From Camelus dromedarius (taxonomy: Eukaryota), in assembly GCF_036321535.1 (NCBI RefSeq), contig NC_087436.1:23748001-23812000 (forward strand): a stretch of DNA of 64,000 bases, given 5' to 3'. Below the pieces are notes generated by a model. That model saw only the letters and a program-made list of their open reading frames with translations, ran no database searches and was not told the origin of the DNA. Positions 25,448 through 38,130 of the stretch are shown here, one piece after another (the stretch's first letter is position 1; each line of letters starts with the position of its first letter). Both the position numbers and the translations under genes were made by a program.

Positions 25448-25784
25448 CCTCACCAGTTCACTGACTTTCTGAAGAGCTCTTTGAAAGCTCTTTGAAAGAA
25501 ATGGTGGGTTTAAGAGAAACAAACTAGAAGTTTAGATAAATGGCTTTCCCTTCACCTGGCTCTAGTTTCCATTACAGACTTACTTGCAGAGGTTAAAAAA
25601 AAAAAAAAAAAGAATCACAGCAGAACCCCCAATGTAAAGAACGAATAACCTGGAATTTCCAAAGGGAACCATATTTTCTGGACTATTTGATGATTTCTAA
25701 GGCTTAATTTTACATGGTAAAGTTGAAGCCTCACATTAAATATCAGTTCTCTTTCTCATTCTCTCTTCTTCCCTCTTTCTTACT

Positions 25785-25885
25785 TTTTAAAATTAAAGTC
25801 TATTTGGCAACAGTTCCAGATTTACAGAAAAGTTGTGAAGGTTGTACAGAGAGTTCCCATATACCTCATGCCCAGCCATCTCTCT
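25785..25885 (-). mobile_element. L1MC/L1MD 3' end fragment
   Basis: AGATTTACAGAAAAGTTGTGAAG...TACAGAGAGTTCCCATATACC. Confidence 0.75.
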
Positions 25886-28800
25886 TGATTTTTGACGAGA
25901 GTTGTATTTCTCCTTCTCCCTGACTGGCAGAGTTTCCTGGCGTAGGAAGCAAAGTTACAGCACCTAACACAAATGGTATTTGATTAAGGCTAATTACAGT
26001 GCTGTCACATAAAAAGGGGAGAAAAGAAAGCTGGCTTTTTCAACCAGCAATGAAATAACCTGCTGTCTATCTACTGACTTAATAGCTTTAATTGCCAGAA
26101 CATAATCAAGATCTGGTGAATTTGTTTGAACATATCAGCAGGCACCAAATATTTCAATGAGATCAAGTTGTATAACTAGTTGTTCTCTAACTCGAGCTGA
26201 AATTGCTCTGACAAAGTGAGCTTTGTAGCCTGATAGGCAACACCTGTTGGGAGAGGTGCTCTGTTAGGATGATTTGAGTTATTAACGTTCTCTGGACTAA
26301 GAAAGTTATAGGTTTAACATGGCTGCCTTAGATGTGCAGTAACCTCTGCTATGTCCGACTTCTTAATTTGCGTGATGAATTAGGTCAAGACTGCATTTAC
26401 ACTTTATTTAGAGATTCATTCTACTTCCCATTTATTGAGAACTTTTTGTCCAAAGAGACATAGCAAAAGTGGGCATTTCCTTTAACAGACTTGGTTAGTA
26501 CACATCAGGCCGTCAGTAAGAGTCATACATGAAAGCAACCACCCTTCTTCTCTTACTGACTTCTACTTTCTGGTTCTTAGGAATGTAGAACCAGAAATTG
26601 AGGCACATGTAAGGTAGTTACTTCCAGGAAGCTAGACTAGGAAGTGAATCTGACGAACAAATGATTTTGAAAAACGGGGTCCCAGGATGAGTCCATTTTG
26701 AGACTTTGCAAAGACAGTCACTTCTGACGAGTGCCTCCTCCCATTCAGATCCTCAGTACCTGCTTCAGGATAATCTCATGGAGGGTTGTCTGTTGGTAGT
26801 TAAGTATGTGTACCCTTGAGATTTCTGAAAACAGATGTTCAAGTGAAAAGAACCCTTTTTGTGGAATAGGATGAATAATTCCTTTCCTATTTGGTAATCA
26901 TTGAACTCAGACTCTACAAACAAAACACCCAACCAAAATAAAAGAAGGTGAAGGTAGGTAGTGCCTTCTTAACTTTCAGAAACAGAGAGGTAAAATTGCA
27001 GAGGCAAAAAGTAAACCCAGCGTGGTTGTTCCCAGTCACTGCCCCAGAGACGACCTCTTTCTGGAGGATGGTGGTTGTGAGCGGGCAGGGCAATGGAGAG
27101 GTGACAGTTTCTGTCTGTCTGTTTCAGATCTGGCCCCAGATCTGCTGCTGGACTGGACTTAGAAGTGACTTAGCTGCACTCTAAGAAGGCTCCATGCATG
27201 CAAAGGCCCATATCCTGCGTGATTCCTGGGTAACTGGTGGGCAGAGCCACGGGGACTTGAATAAAGGGATTTGGGCTGCTCCCTCATTTCTTTTCCTCTT
27301 CCTTCTTTCTCCACCAGACTTTCCTGATCTCTTTGCCTCCAGAATTTCCTCACAGGCCCTGAGAGTCTGTGGTGCCTATGAAGCTGCTGAGGGACTAAGA
27401 GAGCTTCTTGCAGCTGATGTTCAGATGTGCAAAAATCTTAGCATGTCAGGAGAACCGTAAGAAGGGGCAGAAGTCTGGAGGTTTTCCTTTTCAAGTTCCT
27501 ACTGTAAAAAAATTTTTTTTTAATTTTCCTTTGCCTCATCTACTAACTCTTTGAGGCTTAAGAGGCCCAAAGTGAAGTCTGTCCTAATTTTAAACTTGCC
27601 TCTGTGGCTGCCCTGTAATTTTCATTCCACAGCCTAAATTGGAACGTGTCTCCATAGGTTGGGCTCAGAGCATCTCTTTTCTGTGAAGCTTTAACAAACT
27701 ACATTTGGTAAAGCAGAGACATTTCAGCATAAAAAATCCAGGATTCTGTCTTTGTCAGAAGACCACCTTGGGAAGGGCTTTGTCCAGTTTTAGGAGGCAG
27801 TGAGGCAGGAGGGGTAAATACAACCATTGGCTGCAGTCTGCATGATCTCTTAAAACAGATGCGTTTCAGTAGATGCCCGCAGGAAATGTTTATATTCCTT
27901 CTTTGACACAAGTAAATTTGAGAAAATTTTTACTGTGATTATCTAACTCAGATTCTTTGTTTGTGTACTTCCAAGATTCGAGCTTTTGACTTTGACCAAG
28001 AAGATCATGTAACTTTCATTTTCTGTGGGACCCAACTCCGTATCTTCCTTCCCCCACATAGGCCTCTTGAGGTGACCTCAGACCACCATGAGCTTTTCTT
28101 CCCTCTGAATTTCTAGGACAAGTGTAACTTGGATCTCTGTGGTTCTCTTCAACTAAATGATACTCTCTTCTTTCTGTATGTGTCCATTACCCGCCAGGCA
28201 TGTGGTTGGATATATAACATGACCTTAGTGAATGATGCTTCAATTAAGTAATTATTATCCACTATAATGATCTAAGAGTCAAGAATTTTCTTACCATCTT
28301 TTTCATGGGTACTAATAGCTTTAAAAAGTTCTGCCATTAGAAAAATGGAATATTTATACTTGCTGTACATAAATCTGCCCTAGAAATAAAAGATAGATTT
28401 CTATTTACCTAGGAGCATGGAAGAAATCAGAAGTCATCATCCTAGTTTTTTCCTTCAATAACAGTCAATGTTTTTCCAGGTTAGTCCATTACAAGTAACT
28501 TGTTCATTTCCTTCAGGACCCACATTGCCACAGAAACTTCAATATCTGCCAATAGCTGAGGCCAAAAAAGGCCCGCACACTCAGGAAAAACTATTGCTGG
28601 CCACTTAGTTTTTTAATTCCATGAGCACTCCTGACCTTGATGGTCACCTTCCTTTCTGCCATCGAGTCGTACCCAGTAGGAAGCAGGTATATCTTGACTC
28701 CTATCTCTGCTCTGGAGGCCTCAGGATAAGGATTTCAGCCTGAAAGCCACCCCACAACCTGCATCCCCATGGGTGCAGTCTCAGGACAGCTAGGAAAAGC

Positions 28801-28979
28801 CTATGCTCTGGGCATTGATCTGTGGGCTACCTGGTTTGTACAGGTCGATGTCAAAAACTGTGAAGGCACTGAGATTTTACCATATTTAGAAGCTATCTAG
28901 TTGGCTTCCTTTCTTCATATAGGCAATTTTGTTAAAATACTTTTGTTCTGCTGGAAAAGACATACCAGTAAAACTCATA

Positions 28980-29285
28980 TGGTTGGTGCACTCTGGTGGT
29001 TATAGTCTGGTGCCCCAAAGACCAAGCTCTTTCTTTCAGTCCCCACAGTGATATGTTAGCCCCACCTAGGAAAAAAAAAAGAAAGAAAGAAAGAAAGAAA
29101 GATCTAAGAACTGTGAATTCCAGCTTTTATCCAGGATAGCCATCTTACGAAAGTGTGCCACTGGTCCCAAGAGAAATCAGCAGAGAACGATGTGCTGGCA
29201 TGAATCCTGTACGACTGCAAGAAAACAATGCCAGCACAGCTCTATGAAGTAATTAGTATCACTGTCGTATATGTGAAGGACAACA
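28980..29285 (+). mobile_element. MamSINE1-like ancient SINE with internal A/(GAAA)n expansion (29071-29101)
   Basis: Degenerate tRNA-like head, then GCCATCTTACGAAAGTGTGCCACTGGTCCCAAG...GAAAACAA...ATATGTGAAGGACAAC, resembling the MamSINE1 body as I recall it. Confidence 0.6.
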
Positions 29286-29499
29286 GAGTAGTATTATCGT
29301 TGTGCTCCTGATACTAGTAGCTTTCCAGAGCCCCAAGGGGACAGGTACTTTAGACACATTGGAAAAATGAAGGAGGAGTCCTGGTGGCTACAGAACTAGC
29401 ACAATTCAAGACCTCAGTATGAAGATGGACATTGATTCTCCTCTAGTTCCGCCATCAGGTGACTCTCTTGACATGGCCCAGACTTTGCCAGATCTTCTT

Positions 29500-29800
29500 C
29501 TTCTACTCCTCCTGTTTGTCCTGCTTAAATGCCACCTCCTCCAAGAAGCCTTCCCTGATCCTCCCCCTCCCACAAGTAATCTGTTCTTCCTTTAGTAGGG
29601 TTGGTATTGGTAGTCTTTGGCTGGTAATTCTCTACCTTACATTTTAGCTTTATGTGTCTACTTTATGTCCCATCTTTCCTGCTACACTATGGAGTCCTTG
29701 AGAGTTAGAAACACTGCCAAATACGTGTATGTATTCTCCACATTGTATTTGGTACAGAGATCACACCCAATAAACAAGTAGTGAAAAAATAAATGGATGA
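29500..29800 (+). mobile_element. L2 3' fragment
   Basis: CTTAAATGCCACCTCCTCCAAGAAGCCTTCCCTGATCC. Confidence 0.75.
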
Positions 29801-30749
29801 ACAGTAACAGAATGCAGATAGAAGCAGAGCATCCCTAGAATATCAGCGGTAGTGCCACATCTAAGCTTTCTTAACAGGAAAGGATCCACACACACAGCCC
29901 CCAACAGGTGGAGTCAGTAGAAATATAAATGAGAGGAAACAGACAAATGAGGACACTGACGGATGAAGAGTTTAACTTCTTCCACTGTGTCCAGTTCTGC
30001 TCACAGAATCTTCTCTCTTGATTTTGTTTTTGTGATCCAGGTAGGGTATTGTTTGTGGAATTCACTCAGGAAAAACTTAGTAATTTTCCAACATAGTTAA
30101 TATTCAGATATGAAAAAATCTCTTACAGTTTAAATGGTGAATAGATGCTAATTTATACATATATACTTATGCTCCGAATGCCTAATTAATGATCTTCCGT
30201 GTCAGTCATGGGTATGTTAATGAGCTTCTTTTGCTCCTGTGTCATAATTGCATTGCACCTCTCTTGCTTGAGGTTGGGAGAACATTTTAGCTGTGGATTA
30301 GCAAATGATGCAAAATAACAACAACAAAACAACTAACAATTATTCAGTGGTTCATAAGTTTAGGAAATGTGGAAGTATACGATCATAACAATTTAGTGTG
30401 AGAAGATGTAAAGACAGCCAAAAAAAAAAAAAAAAAGCTGTCGGCTACTTTCATAGTAACTCTCCATTTGCTGAATTTAAAAAAAGGTTTTTCTTGATAT
30501 GCAGGACTGTCTCTCTTTGGTCCAAACAGTCAATTCACCATCTTTCTTACTCTGAGGACAGAAAGGCTCTGTGATAAAGGGAACTCTATAAATAGGTGTT
30601 ATCCTATATTTAGATCTGTTATATTTCTCAGAAGTGCCAGCTTCTAGCTGCTTTCCTTGTAGTCTTTCCTTCCTCTACCTTCTTGTATTTTGGTTTCTCC
30701 CCCAAATTTTGGCATATCTTCCAGCCATAAACCTTCCCACTTTAATCTG

Positions 30750-31170
30750 GCAGAGTCAGGTCGGATTTGATTCCTAACTTTTCACTTTTTAGCTCTGTGA
30801 CTTTGGGTAAGTTCATTGACCTCTCTGAGCCTCTGATTCTTCACTTGTAAATGAGGTAAGAATACCAGCTGTTAGAAAAGATAGGACATTTAAGTGAGTT
30901 AAAGTGTCTGAAGCCTATTGCAAGGCATGTAGCAGGTGACAGGATTGCACCCATGTTTTCCCCCTTTTTCTGTCCCTCCCTGACAAATGTAGCGGTTAAG
31001 ACCGCAGCATCTGGAGCCGGACTATCTGGGTTTAACTCCTGGTTCTGCCGTATCCCAGTTCTGTGACCTCAGACAAGTTAGTTAGCCTTGCTGGTGCCTC
31101 AGTTTCTGGGCATCTAAAATGTCAGTGCTTGGCATTTGAGTAAGTGCTCAAAAAAAGGCAGCTGTTATTA
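30750..31170 (+). mobile_element. Two adjacent MIR SINEs (about 30750-30940 and 30985-31170)
   Basis: GCTCTGTGACTTTGGGTAAGTT...CTCTCTGAGCCTC; GGGTTTAACTCCTGGTTCTGCC...GTGCCTCAGTTTC. Confidence 0.8.
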
Positions 31171-31879
31171 TCTGACAATCCAAGCAGCTGGGTGAAAACG
31201 GCCCTCTGCAAATCAGTCTGGGGATCGGTGTCATCTGCTGTAGGGGTCAGAAAGCCCTTCTCCTGCGTTAGAAGCAGAGTGCCGCAGCCTTTGTCAGGGA
31301 CAGCAGGCTACACGGACTCCTGCCCTCCTTCGAGATCTCTGTGTGGAGGCCATCTCTTCCGTTTCGCCTCTCCTCTGCGGAGAAATCAGTCTTTGTGAGA
31401 GTAACGCAAGAATAGATTTGTACTACCCCTCCTGACTGTGGCTCTCGTGGTCTCTTTGTACGGGGTGGAGTCTGGAATGCCCAGCTCCCTGTTCCTCCCC
31501 TGTGTTCTCCCTCCCTCCTCCCCTCTGACAGGCTGTGGGAGGAAGAAAGGGCTTTATGCCAAGCCTTTCACTTGGGGCCTCTATTTTTCCTTTCTTTTTA
31601 TGCCAGAGGCAAATAGTTGAGTTTGCTTGCTGGAAGTGAGGCTTCTGAAACCATTCAGCTGGCCCGGACGATTTTAAGATAACAAATTATTCTCCAAGTG
31701 GTATCAGAATTTGACTTTCTATCATCCTGATCTGTTACCAGAATGTATTGCTTGGCTATTTAAGAATCAAGAAGCCATGAATTCTCATAACCGACCCCCA
31801 AATAAGCAGTCAAGTTTAGCCCCTTAAGTTCTCCAGATATAACCCCAGCAGCACCGCCTGAACTTTACATCTAGGGCTG

Positions 31880-32060
31880 TGATGTACAGAGTTCAAAATA
31901 CTTTCAGAAGAACTCATTTGAGCCTCACCTATCCCTGACTGGTAGACATACCAGAATATATCATTCCCATTTTGCAATGAAAACAAAACAAAACCTGAAG
32001 CTCAGAAAGATTAGGTGACTTGTCTACTAATTATATGCATGGGAGGTCCAGTGTCCTGAC
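31880..32060 (-). mobile_element. MIR fragment
   Basis: TCATTCCCATTTTGCAATGA...CTGAAGCTCAGAAAGATTAGGTGACTTG. Confidence 0.7.
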
Positions 32061-32084
32061 TGAAACTCAGAGATTTTAAACCAG

Positions 32085-32480
32085 TAGCTTTGATGGATCA
32101 GAAAAGGCAAGCTGATGCTGCAGTAACAAATGGTACCCCACTCAGCCCTCGGTTCCACTGGCTTAGCTCAACGAATGTTACTCCTACTGCCTTTCCAACT
32201 TGAGGTTCATGGGAGAAGGGTGGGGAGGCTCTGCTCCACCTAGTCATTCAAGGACCCAGGCTGACAGAGGTTCCACCATCTTGTGGCACTGCCATCTCAT
32301 TATGTGACCTCAGGGTTTGCTGCAGCAGAAGAGAAGGGGGACAGTTCACAACCGCTCTTTCTCTGCTCGTAGCCCATTGGCCAGACCAGTTGCATGGCCC
32401 CCACTTAACTACATGGGAGCCTGGGAAATCCACCCATATCTTCAGAAAGGGAGGAGCGCCAGGTCTGAGGAGCCCCAGGA
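32085..32480 (-). mobile_element. MLT1J/K-like MaLR LTR
   Basis: GCTGCAGTAACAAA...CTCTGCTCCAC...GGACCCAGGCTGACAGAG...CCCATTGGCCAGACCAGT...ATGGCCCC. Confidence 0.7.
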
Positions 32481-32724
32481 ATCTCTGCTGCAGGTTTTTA
32501 GGTGGTCCATTTAAAGACATTGTGCAGTACATGAGGCCCATTTGGAATTAAGCAGGCTTTATAATAAATATTGTAGCCTGGGCATTTCATTGGTTTGAGA
32601 AGGATGGAAAGAGATAAAACAAATGTAAACAGCACCTGATGGGTGTGGTAGTCGCCAAAAAGAGAAAAGATATAATTTGTAATCATAATAGATCTTGTTA
32701 ACCTTTCCCTTTGTGAGTGTTTGT

Positions 32725-32885
32725 TTTAAATTTTAGCTTTATTGAGGTATAATTGACAAATAAAATTATAAGGTATTTAAAGTGTATATCATGGTGATTT
32801 GATATATATATACATTGTGATAGATATGTATGCATCTAATTCATTAACATCTATCACTTCACATCTTTATCTTTTGGTGAGACTC
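32725..32885 (-). mobile_element. L1MA9-like 3' end
   Basis: AGCTTTATTGAGGTATAATTGACAAATAAAATT...TACATTGTGA. Confidence 0.8.
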
Positions 32886-34301
32886 CTTCCCTTTTTGGAC
32901 CTGAATTTTCTGTAAACTAATGGTCTCCAAAAAGTAAACAGAAAACTTAGGATTTAAATGTACTGATTTTCTCCCTCCTCTCCCCTCTGTTTTACAGAGA
33001 TACTTTCAGATTAAAAAAAATTTCTTCAAATTATTCCTTAGAAAATATCAAGATTGACTCCTAAGGTATTTTAGAAAACTCCTCACGTCATTCTAAACAC
33101 GTTTTATCAACCACTCGGGTTATTTGCCAGGAAATAAACATCTCGCTGGTCTGCCCTCTCTCTGGATAATTGATGTAGAGGAAACTTGCAATCAGGGACG
33201 TATACCAATGTGACTCAGAGTTACATAGAGGGCTTGGCTGTGGATGGCCTTTTGGTGTAAAATATTTTAGACTATTCAGAGATAAAGCTGGGACCTGTGA
33301 GCTGAACAGAAAATAAAATGGTCCAGGGCCAGCTGGACTGCATTTGACACGTCTCATGCAAAGTGAATCTCTCGCATCCATCCCTGTTCCATATGGTAAC
33401 CACCTCAGAACCAGTTGCTGCCTGGATATACTTGTGTTTGAATTGCCCTCACCTCCAGCCCATGGACTCACCTGTGGAGCTTCCCTATGTCTCCTGCCCT
33501 GCGCTACACACTCTGGAAGCAGCCCTACTTGCATGGGTAGAGGATCAGCCCGATGTGAGCTCCCTGCTAAACACCTGTCAGTGCAGCAGAAATTCTTAGA
33601 AGAGCTTTCCAGAGAAGCAGACATGTTTTTCACCCCCACCCTTCTCTATTAAAATGAAGACTTTTTTGTTGTTGTTGTTAAAGTGAAATTTAAATGTTAA
33701 GATAGCAGTCTAAAGCACACATGCTAACAGTAATGATCATCATAATTGGCACTTGTGTATGAATCTCATTATGTAGGGAGTTCAGCCTTTTTCACAGGCA
33801 TCACCTTAGTCTCAGAGGACACTTTCCTGTTTCATCGGTTGTAAATTTCATTATCTGTATCCAGGGATAGAAAATGTGAAAGTGAAGCAGCTGATCCCAG
33901 GTGGCAGGTAGGACATCCGGACAGATGAGAACGGGGTTTCCCTCGGCGCCTGGGCACGGGAATCAATGGACACTTGTTAACAGTGTGGTCCCCAGACTTC
34001 ACCCCAGAATTACTAAATCAGCATTTTCAGGAAAGAGGCTCAGGAACCCTTCTTTATAACAAGATCTATGAATGGCTTGTGAGCCTCACAGTTAGCAGTA
34101 ACCCGTTCCAGCGTAAGGGACAGTTCCACTCTCATTTCAGCCTCCTGTCACCATTGCAAGGAAAGGAAAGTCTCTAAGAAGATGAGAAAGTTAACCCTCA
34201 GAATTTAGATGTCCTGGGGGAGTAGCAGCTACTTCTGCCCATCCCTGGAGTTTTCCAGAAAAGTACAGTTTTATGTATTTTTAAATGTCAACACTTTGTA
34301 C

Positions 34302-35237
34302 CACTGGTTCTCAAAAAAGGCCCTGGGGACTAATAGTCGTGTCAGTAAGCATTCTCCAGGTGGTCTGAAAATGGGATTCTTTCAGAATTTGTGTTTTTTA
34401 AATGTAACTTTTGACAGGGTGATAAATGGACAGAGTACAAAATTCAAAAGGTTAAAGACAGTATATGGTGGAAGATAAATATCTTTTCCACCCTTTTCCT
34501 TCTCCCAGTCCCCGTTCCCAAAGACAGCCAGTTCCTTATGTTTCCTTCTAGTGACATCCCAAGCATTTGTAAGCATGTATGTGACCTTATATATATATAT
34601 ATTTCTAACCCAAATGGTACCCACACCATGTTTAACATCTATGTCATTGTGTTTAATTAAATTGATACTTTCCCTTTGATAGCACCTTGATTTTGTACCA
34701 TAGCTTTTGTGATAGAGAATGCTGACATCTCCAGTGGCTTACCAATGCAAGTTCATTTCTCTCTAATGAAATAGTCCAATGTGCGCGTTCAGTGGACAAG
34801 AAACCAGCTCCTTCCATCTTGAAACTCTTCCATGGGTTTTGGAACCTTTTACTTCCAGCTGGTGGGGAAAAGAGAGAGCCTTAGAAGATCATGGGGAATT
34901 TTGCTACGGGTTTTTATGGGTCAGCCCTGGAAAATGGCATACATCATTTCTGCCCACATTCAGAATGAAGTCAAATATCCCCATCGAGATGCAAGGGGAG
35001 CTGGGAAATGTAGTTCTTTACTGGGCAACCAGTCACCAGTGTCGGATCCACACAGGTGCACACATCTTTGGTGAACAGCTAGACATTCTGCTGTGGTTTT
35101 CATCCCCAAATATACCTAGTTTTCTTGTAGTTATAGTGAATGGGATTTTTTTCCTCTTGGCACATGGGAATACAGTAGGCAGTTTGAGAGGAATGTTTAT
35201 ACCACAGATGTGACCTATGGGAGTTTGAGAACCAGTG
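34302..35237. mobile_element. MER5-like hAT element with 14-bp terminal inverted repeats, enclosing L1ME (about 34380-34660) and MLT1-like LTR (about 34690-35085) fragments
   Basis: CACTGGTTCTCAAA (34302-34315) and TTTGAGAACCAGTG (35224-35237) are exact reverse complements; partial 8-bp TSD CTTTGTAC/CTTTATTT. Confidence 0.6.
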
Positions 35238-36842
35238 CTTTATTTGGGAGGCCAGAGATCAATTTCAGCTTTTGCCTCTGCTAGTGTGGGAGCCCAGGTC
35301 CCAGAACTGCCCCCTCACTGGTGTCTGTGGACAGGGAGACCCACTGTCTACCTGATCGCTCTGTTTATTTGACCTCCAACTAAATGATTTCCCTATTATC
35401 TAACCCAGATAAAGCCAAGAAGAGAGGGATTTCAGAATCCCCAAATCCCAATCTGCCTATAAAACATTATAGCGATCTTCTAATAGTCCTTTTCAAGCTG
35501 TAATTTAATGGTCCCTCCCCGGCCCCTCCTCTCATGCTAGGCTTGCTACCCAGCAGTTTTCTGGCACCCTGTTTGCTTACAAAACTTTCTTTGCTGCTAG
35601 AGGAAAAAAAAAAAAAAAGAACAGTAACACATCAGCAATATAAAGAACTTTTGTAAGTTAAATATTGGAGAGGGAGGCTTTCCTGAAGCTGCTGGGAACG
35701 TGGCAGCCTGACCCGGTCCTCCCTCCTGTCAGCATAGAGGGCCGGCTCCCTCCTCCGCAGCACTGCCTGCGTCAGCCCCCAGAATAGAAACACTGGGATG
35801 GGGCTGTGATGGAAGGAAAAAGCAGGAGGAGGTGAGCCGCTTCCCTTCCCTGCCATCCATCCCAATCTCCACAAGCCTGTGACCTCACAGGTGGACCGTG
35901 GATGGGCAGACAAGGGAGGAGAGAGGCCTCTGGGCTTTTCTGCCTGGGTTTTCTCCTCTGTGCTGGTTTGTGTAGACTCTGTGGTCACTGTTCTCCATGT
36001 CAGCACATTCAAAATTGCTGACTGTAAACACTGAAGGCGGCATGCCTGCTACTGAAGAAGCCACAAGGAAAACAGCTTTGGGCAACTGTGGATGCTCTTG
36101 GTGTGACATAGTCCTAGCTCCCAGCTCTGGCCCTTTATCGGGTACGGGGCTCTGCGGTTTGGGTGGGGTGAGGAGAAAGACAGAAGGAGGAGGGGAAAGG
36201 AGGAGATCGGCCATTTGAGATCTTTTCTTAAGGAGCAAGGATTGCTTTTCTACTGGGTCCTGTCTTTAGGAGTTGGGACAGCAGAGGAATTCGGACAGCT
36301 GGGATGGGAGGATTACCAGTGAGCAGAATGAGATAACACCCAAACCCACGTGCAGATAGAAGTTGGGAGCCATTAGAGTCATGAGGTCATTGGCCAGGAT
36401 CTTGGGAGGAAATGGTTACTGAAATACCATTGTAAACCAGATTGCCTCTTCAAATCTCAGGCTGGCACGGAAAGCCACGATGGTGGGTGGTGCCCTTCCC
36501 ACAGGGCGGGACTTGGATGAACTCTGAGCTGGGCGGCAGTGGGCCTCTGGGGCCCCATTTGGGGACTGCCACTGACCAGGGTGTGTGTCTTTGTAGCCTG
36601 TCAAACCACAATCATTCACAGAGGGCAGATGGATTAGAATCTGCCATGATCAAACCGGAAAGAGTGTGTTACCCAGCTCCAGAAAGTTTGTCGGTCTGTG
36701 TGCTAGTCCTTAAAGTAGCCAGCTTCATCTTTTCTTATAAGAACTATAATGGGAAATCAGGAAGGAGGCTCTCCATAGAACAGTTCATGACTCTATATTG
36801 AGAGCCTTCTATGTAAAAGATGATAGAGGCTGGATTCTGGGG

Positions 36843-37098
36843 TGTAAGAGTCAGTTCTCTAGAGAAAAAGAACCAAGAGGTGATAAATATGTCTATGATA
36901 TGTATATGAGGATATATGAGGCATATAAGATATATGTGCCAAGAGGTATGTATGCATATGTGTGTATGTGTATATATCTAATAGAACATATATATATATA
37001 TATATCTCACATATGAGATAAATATATATACATATGTATCATATATATTATATATCATATGTATCTCCATATATATCCTATATCTACATGTGTGTATG

Positions 37099-37168
<70 letters not shown>

Positions 37169-37553
37169 AAAGGAAATTGGCTCACATGATTGTGAAGACT
37201 GGCAAGTCAACAATCAGTAGCAGAGGCCGGCAGCCTGGAAACTCAGGTAAGAGATGACGTGCAGTCTTGAGTCCCCAGTCTATGGCTGGAAACTCAGGCA
37301 GGGTTTCTGAGTTGCAGTCTTAAGGCAGAGTTGCTTCTGCAGGAAACCTTAGTTTTTGCTCTTAAGGCCTTCCAATGGTTGAGTGAGACCCACTCACATC
37401 AAGGAGGATAATCTGCTTTACTCAAAGTCTGCTGATTTAAATGTTAATTGCATCTAAAAAAAAGAACCTTCACAGCCACCTCTAGACTGGTGTTTAACCA
37501 AAGAATTGGACACCATAGCCTAGTCAAGTTGACACATCAAATTAGCCATCACA
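36843..37553 (-). mobile_element. MLT2 (ERVL) solo LTR with internal AT-rich and (CATATA)n expansion
   Basis: TG...CA termini with perfect 5-bp TSD TGGGG (36838-36842 / 37554-37558); GGAAATTGGCTCACATGATTGTG, CTTTACTCAAAGTC, CAAGTTGACACATCAAATTAGCCATCACA. Confidence 0.92.
37099..37168. repeat. (TACATA)11 hexanucleotide microsatellite
   Basis: Read directly; it produces the MYMYMY ORF. Confidence 0.95.
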
Positions 37554-37889
37554 TGGGGAATTTGTACCTTGGAAATGGAACGTTATATTGCAATGCCCAT
37601 AATAGAAATTTCTCTAGAGTAAAACATTTTATGAGCCAGGCTGTCTTAGGGATATGCTTGTTGGTTTTCTTGTGACAGACTGTACTTGGCGTGATCTCTG
37701 ATCGAAAGAACATTCATTAGAAATAGTTCTTTTTACCTTGATGTCAGAGGAATAGTCCATGGGCTAGCAGAGAGCACAGAGGAATCAGGAGTTCAGTTCC
37801 TGATACTGCCTCTGTCTTACAGTAAGAGCCTGAGAGCAATTAATTTCCACCAGCACTTCTGTTCTTGGGGAAGCACGTTGATAAGGCAC

Positions 37890-38130
37890 GGAGGCTGTGT
37901 TGCCAGAGGGGAGAGTGTGAATCCTGACATGAAACTGCCCAAGTTCAGATCCCAGCTCTGACACTACTGCTATGCTTTTTAACCTACCAGTGCCTGTTTC
38001 CTCACACGTACGATGGGGATGATGCGAACAGTTCCTACCTCATGGGGCTCTTGTGACGATTAAACGTCTTAACATATGAAAGTGTCTGCATATAGCTAGT
38101 GCCCCATAAGTGTTTGCTATTATAATGATT
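37890..38130 (+). mobile_element. MIR SINE
   Basis: GTTCAGATCCCAGCTCTGACACT...GTTTCCTCAC...ATGGGGATGATG...CCTACCTCAT. Confidence 0.8.

Noticed and set aside
27110..28695. Acceptor-like sites near 27127 and 28517 with downstream donors
   Set aside because: Weak donors (GTAACT, GTATAT) and no recognisable peptide.
36978..37169. MYMYMY repeat protein
   Set aside because: Translation of a (TACATA)n microsatellite inside an MLT2 LTR.
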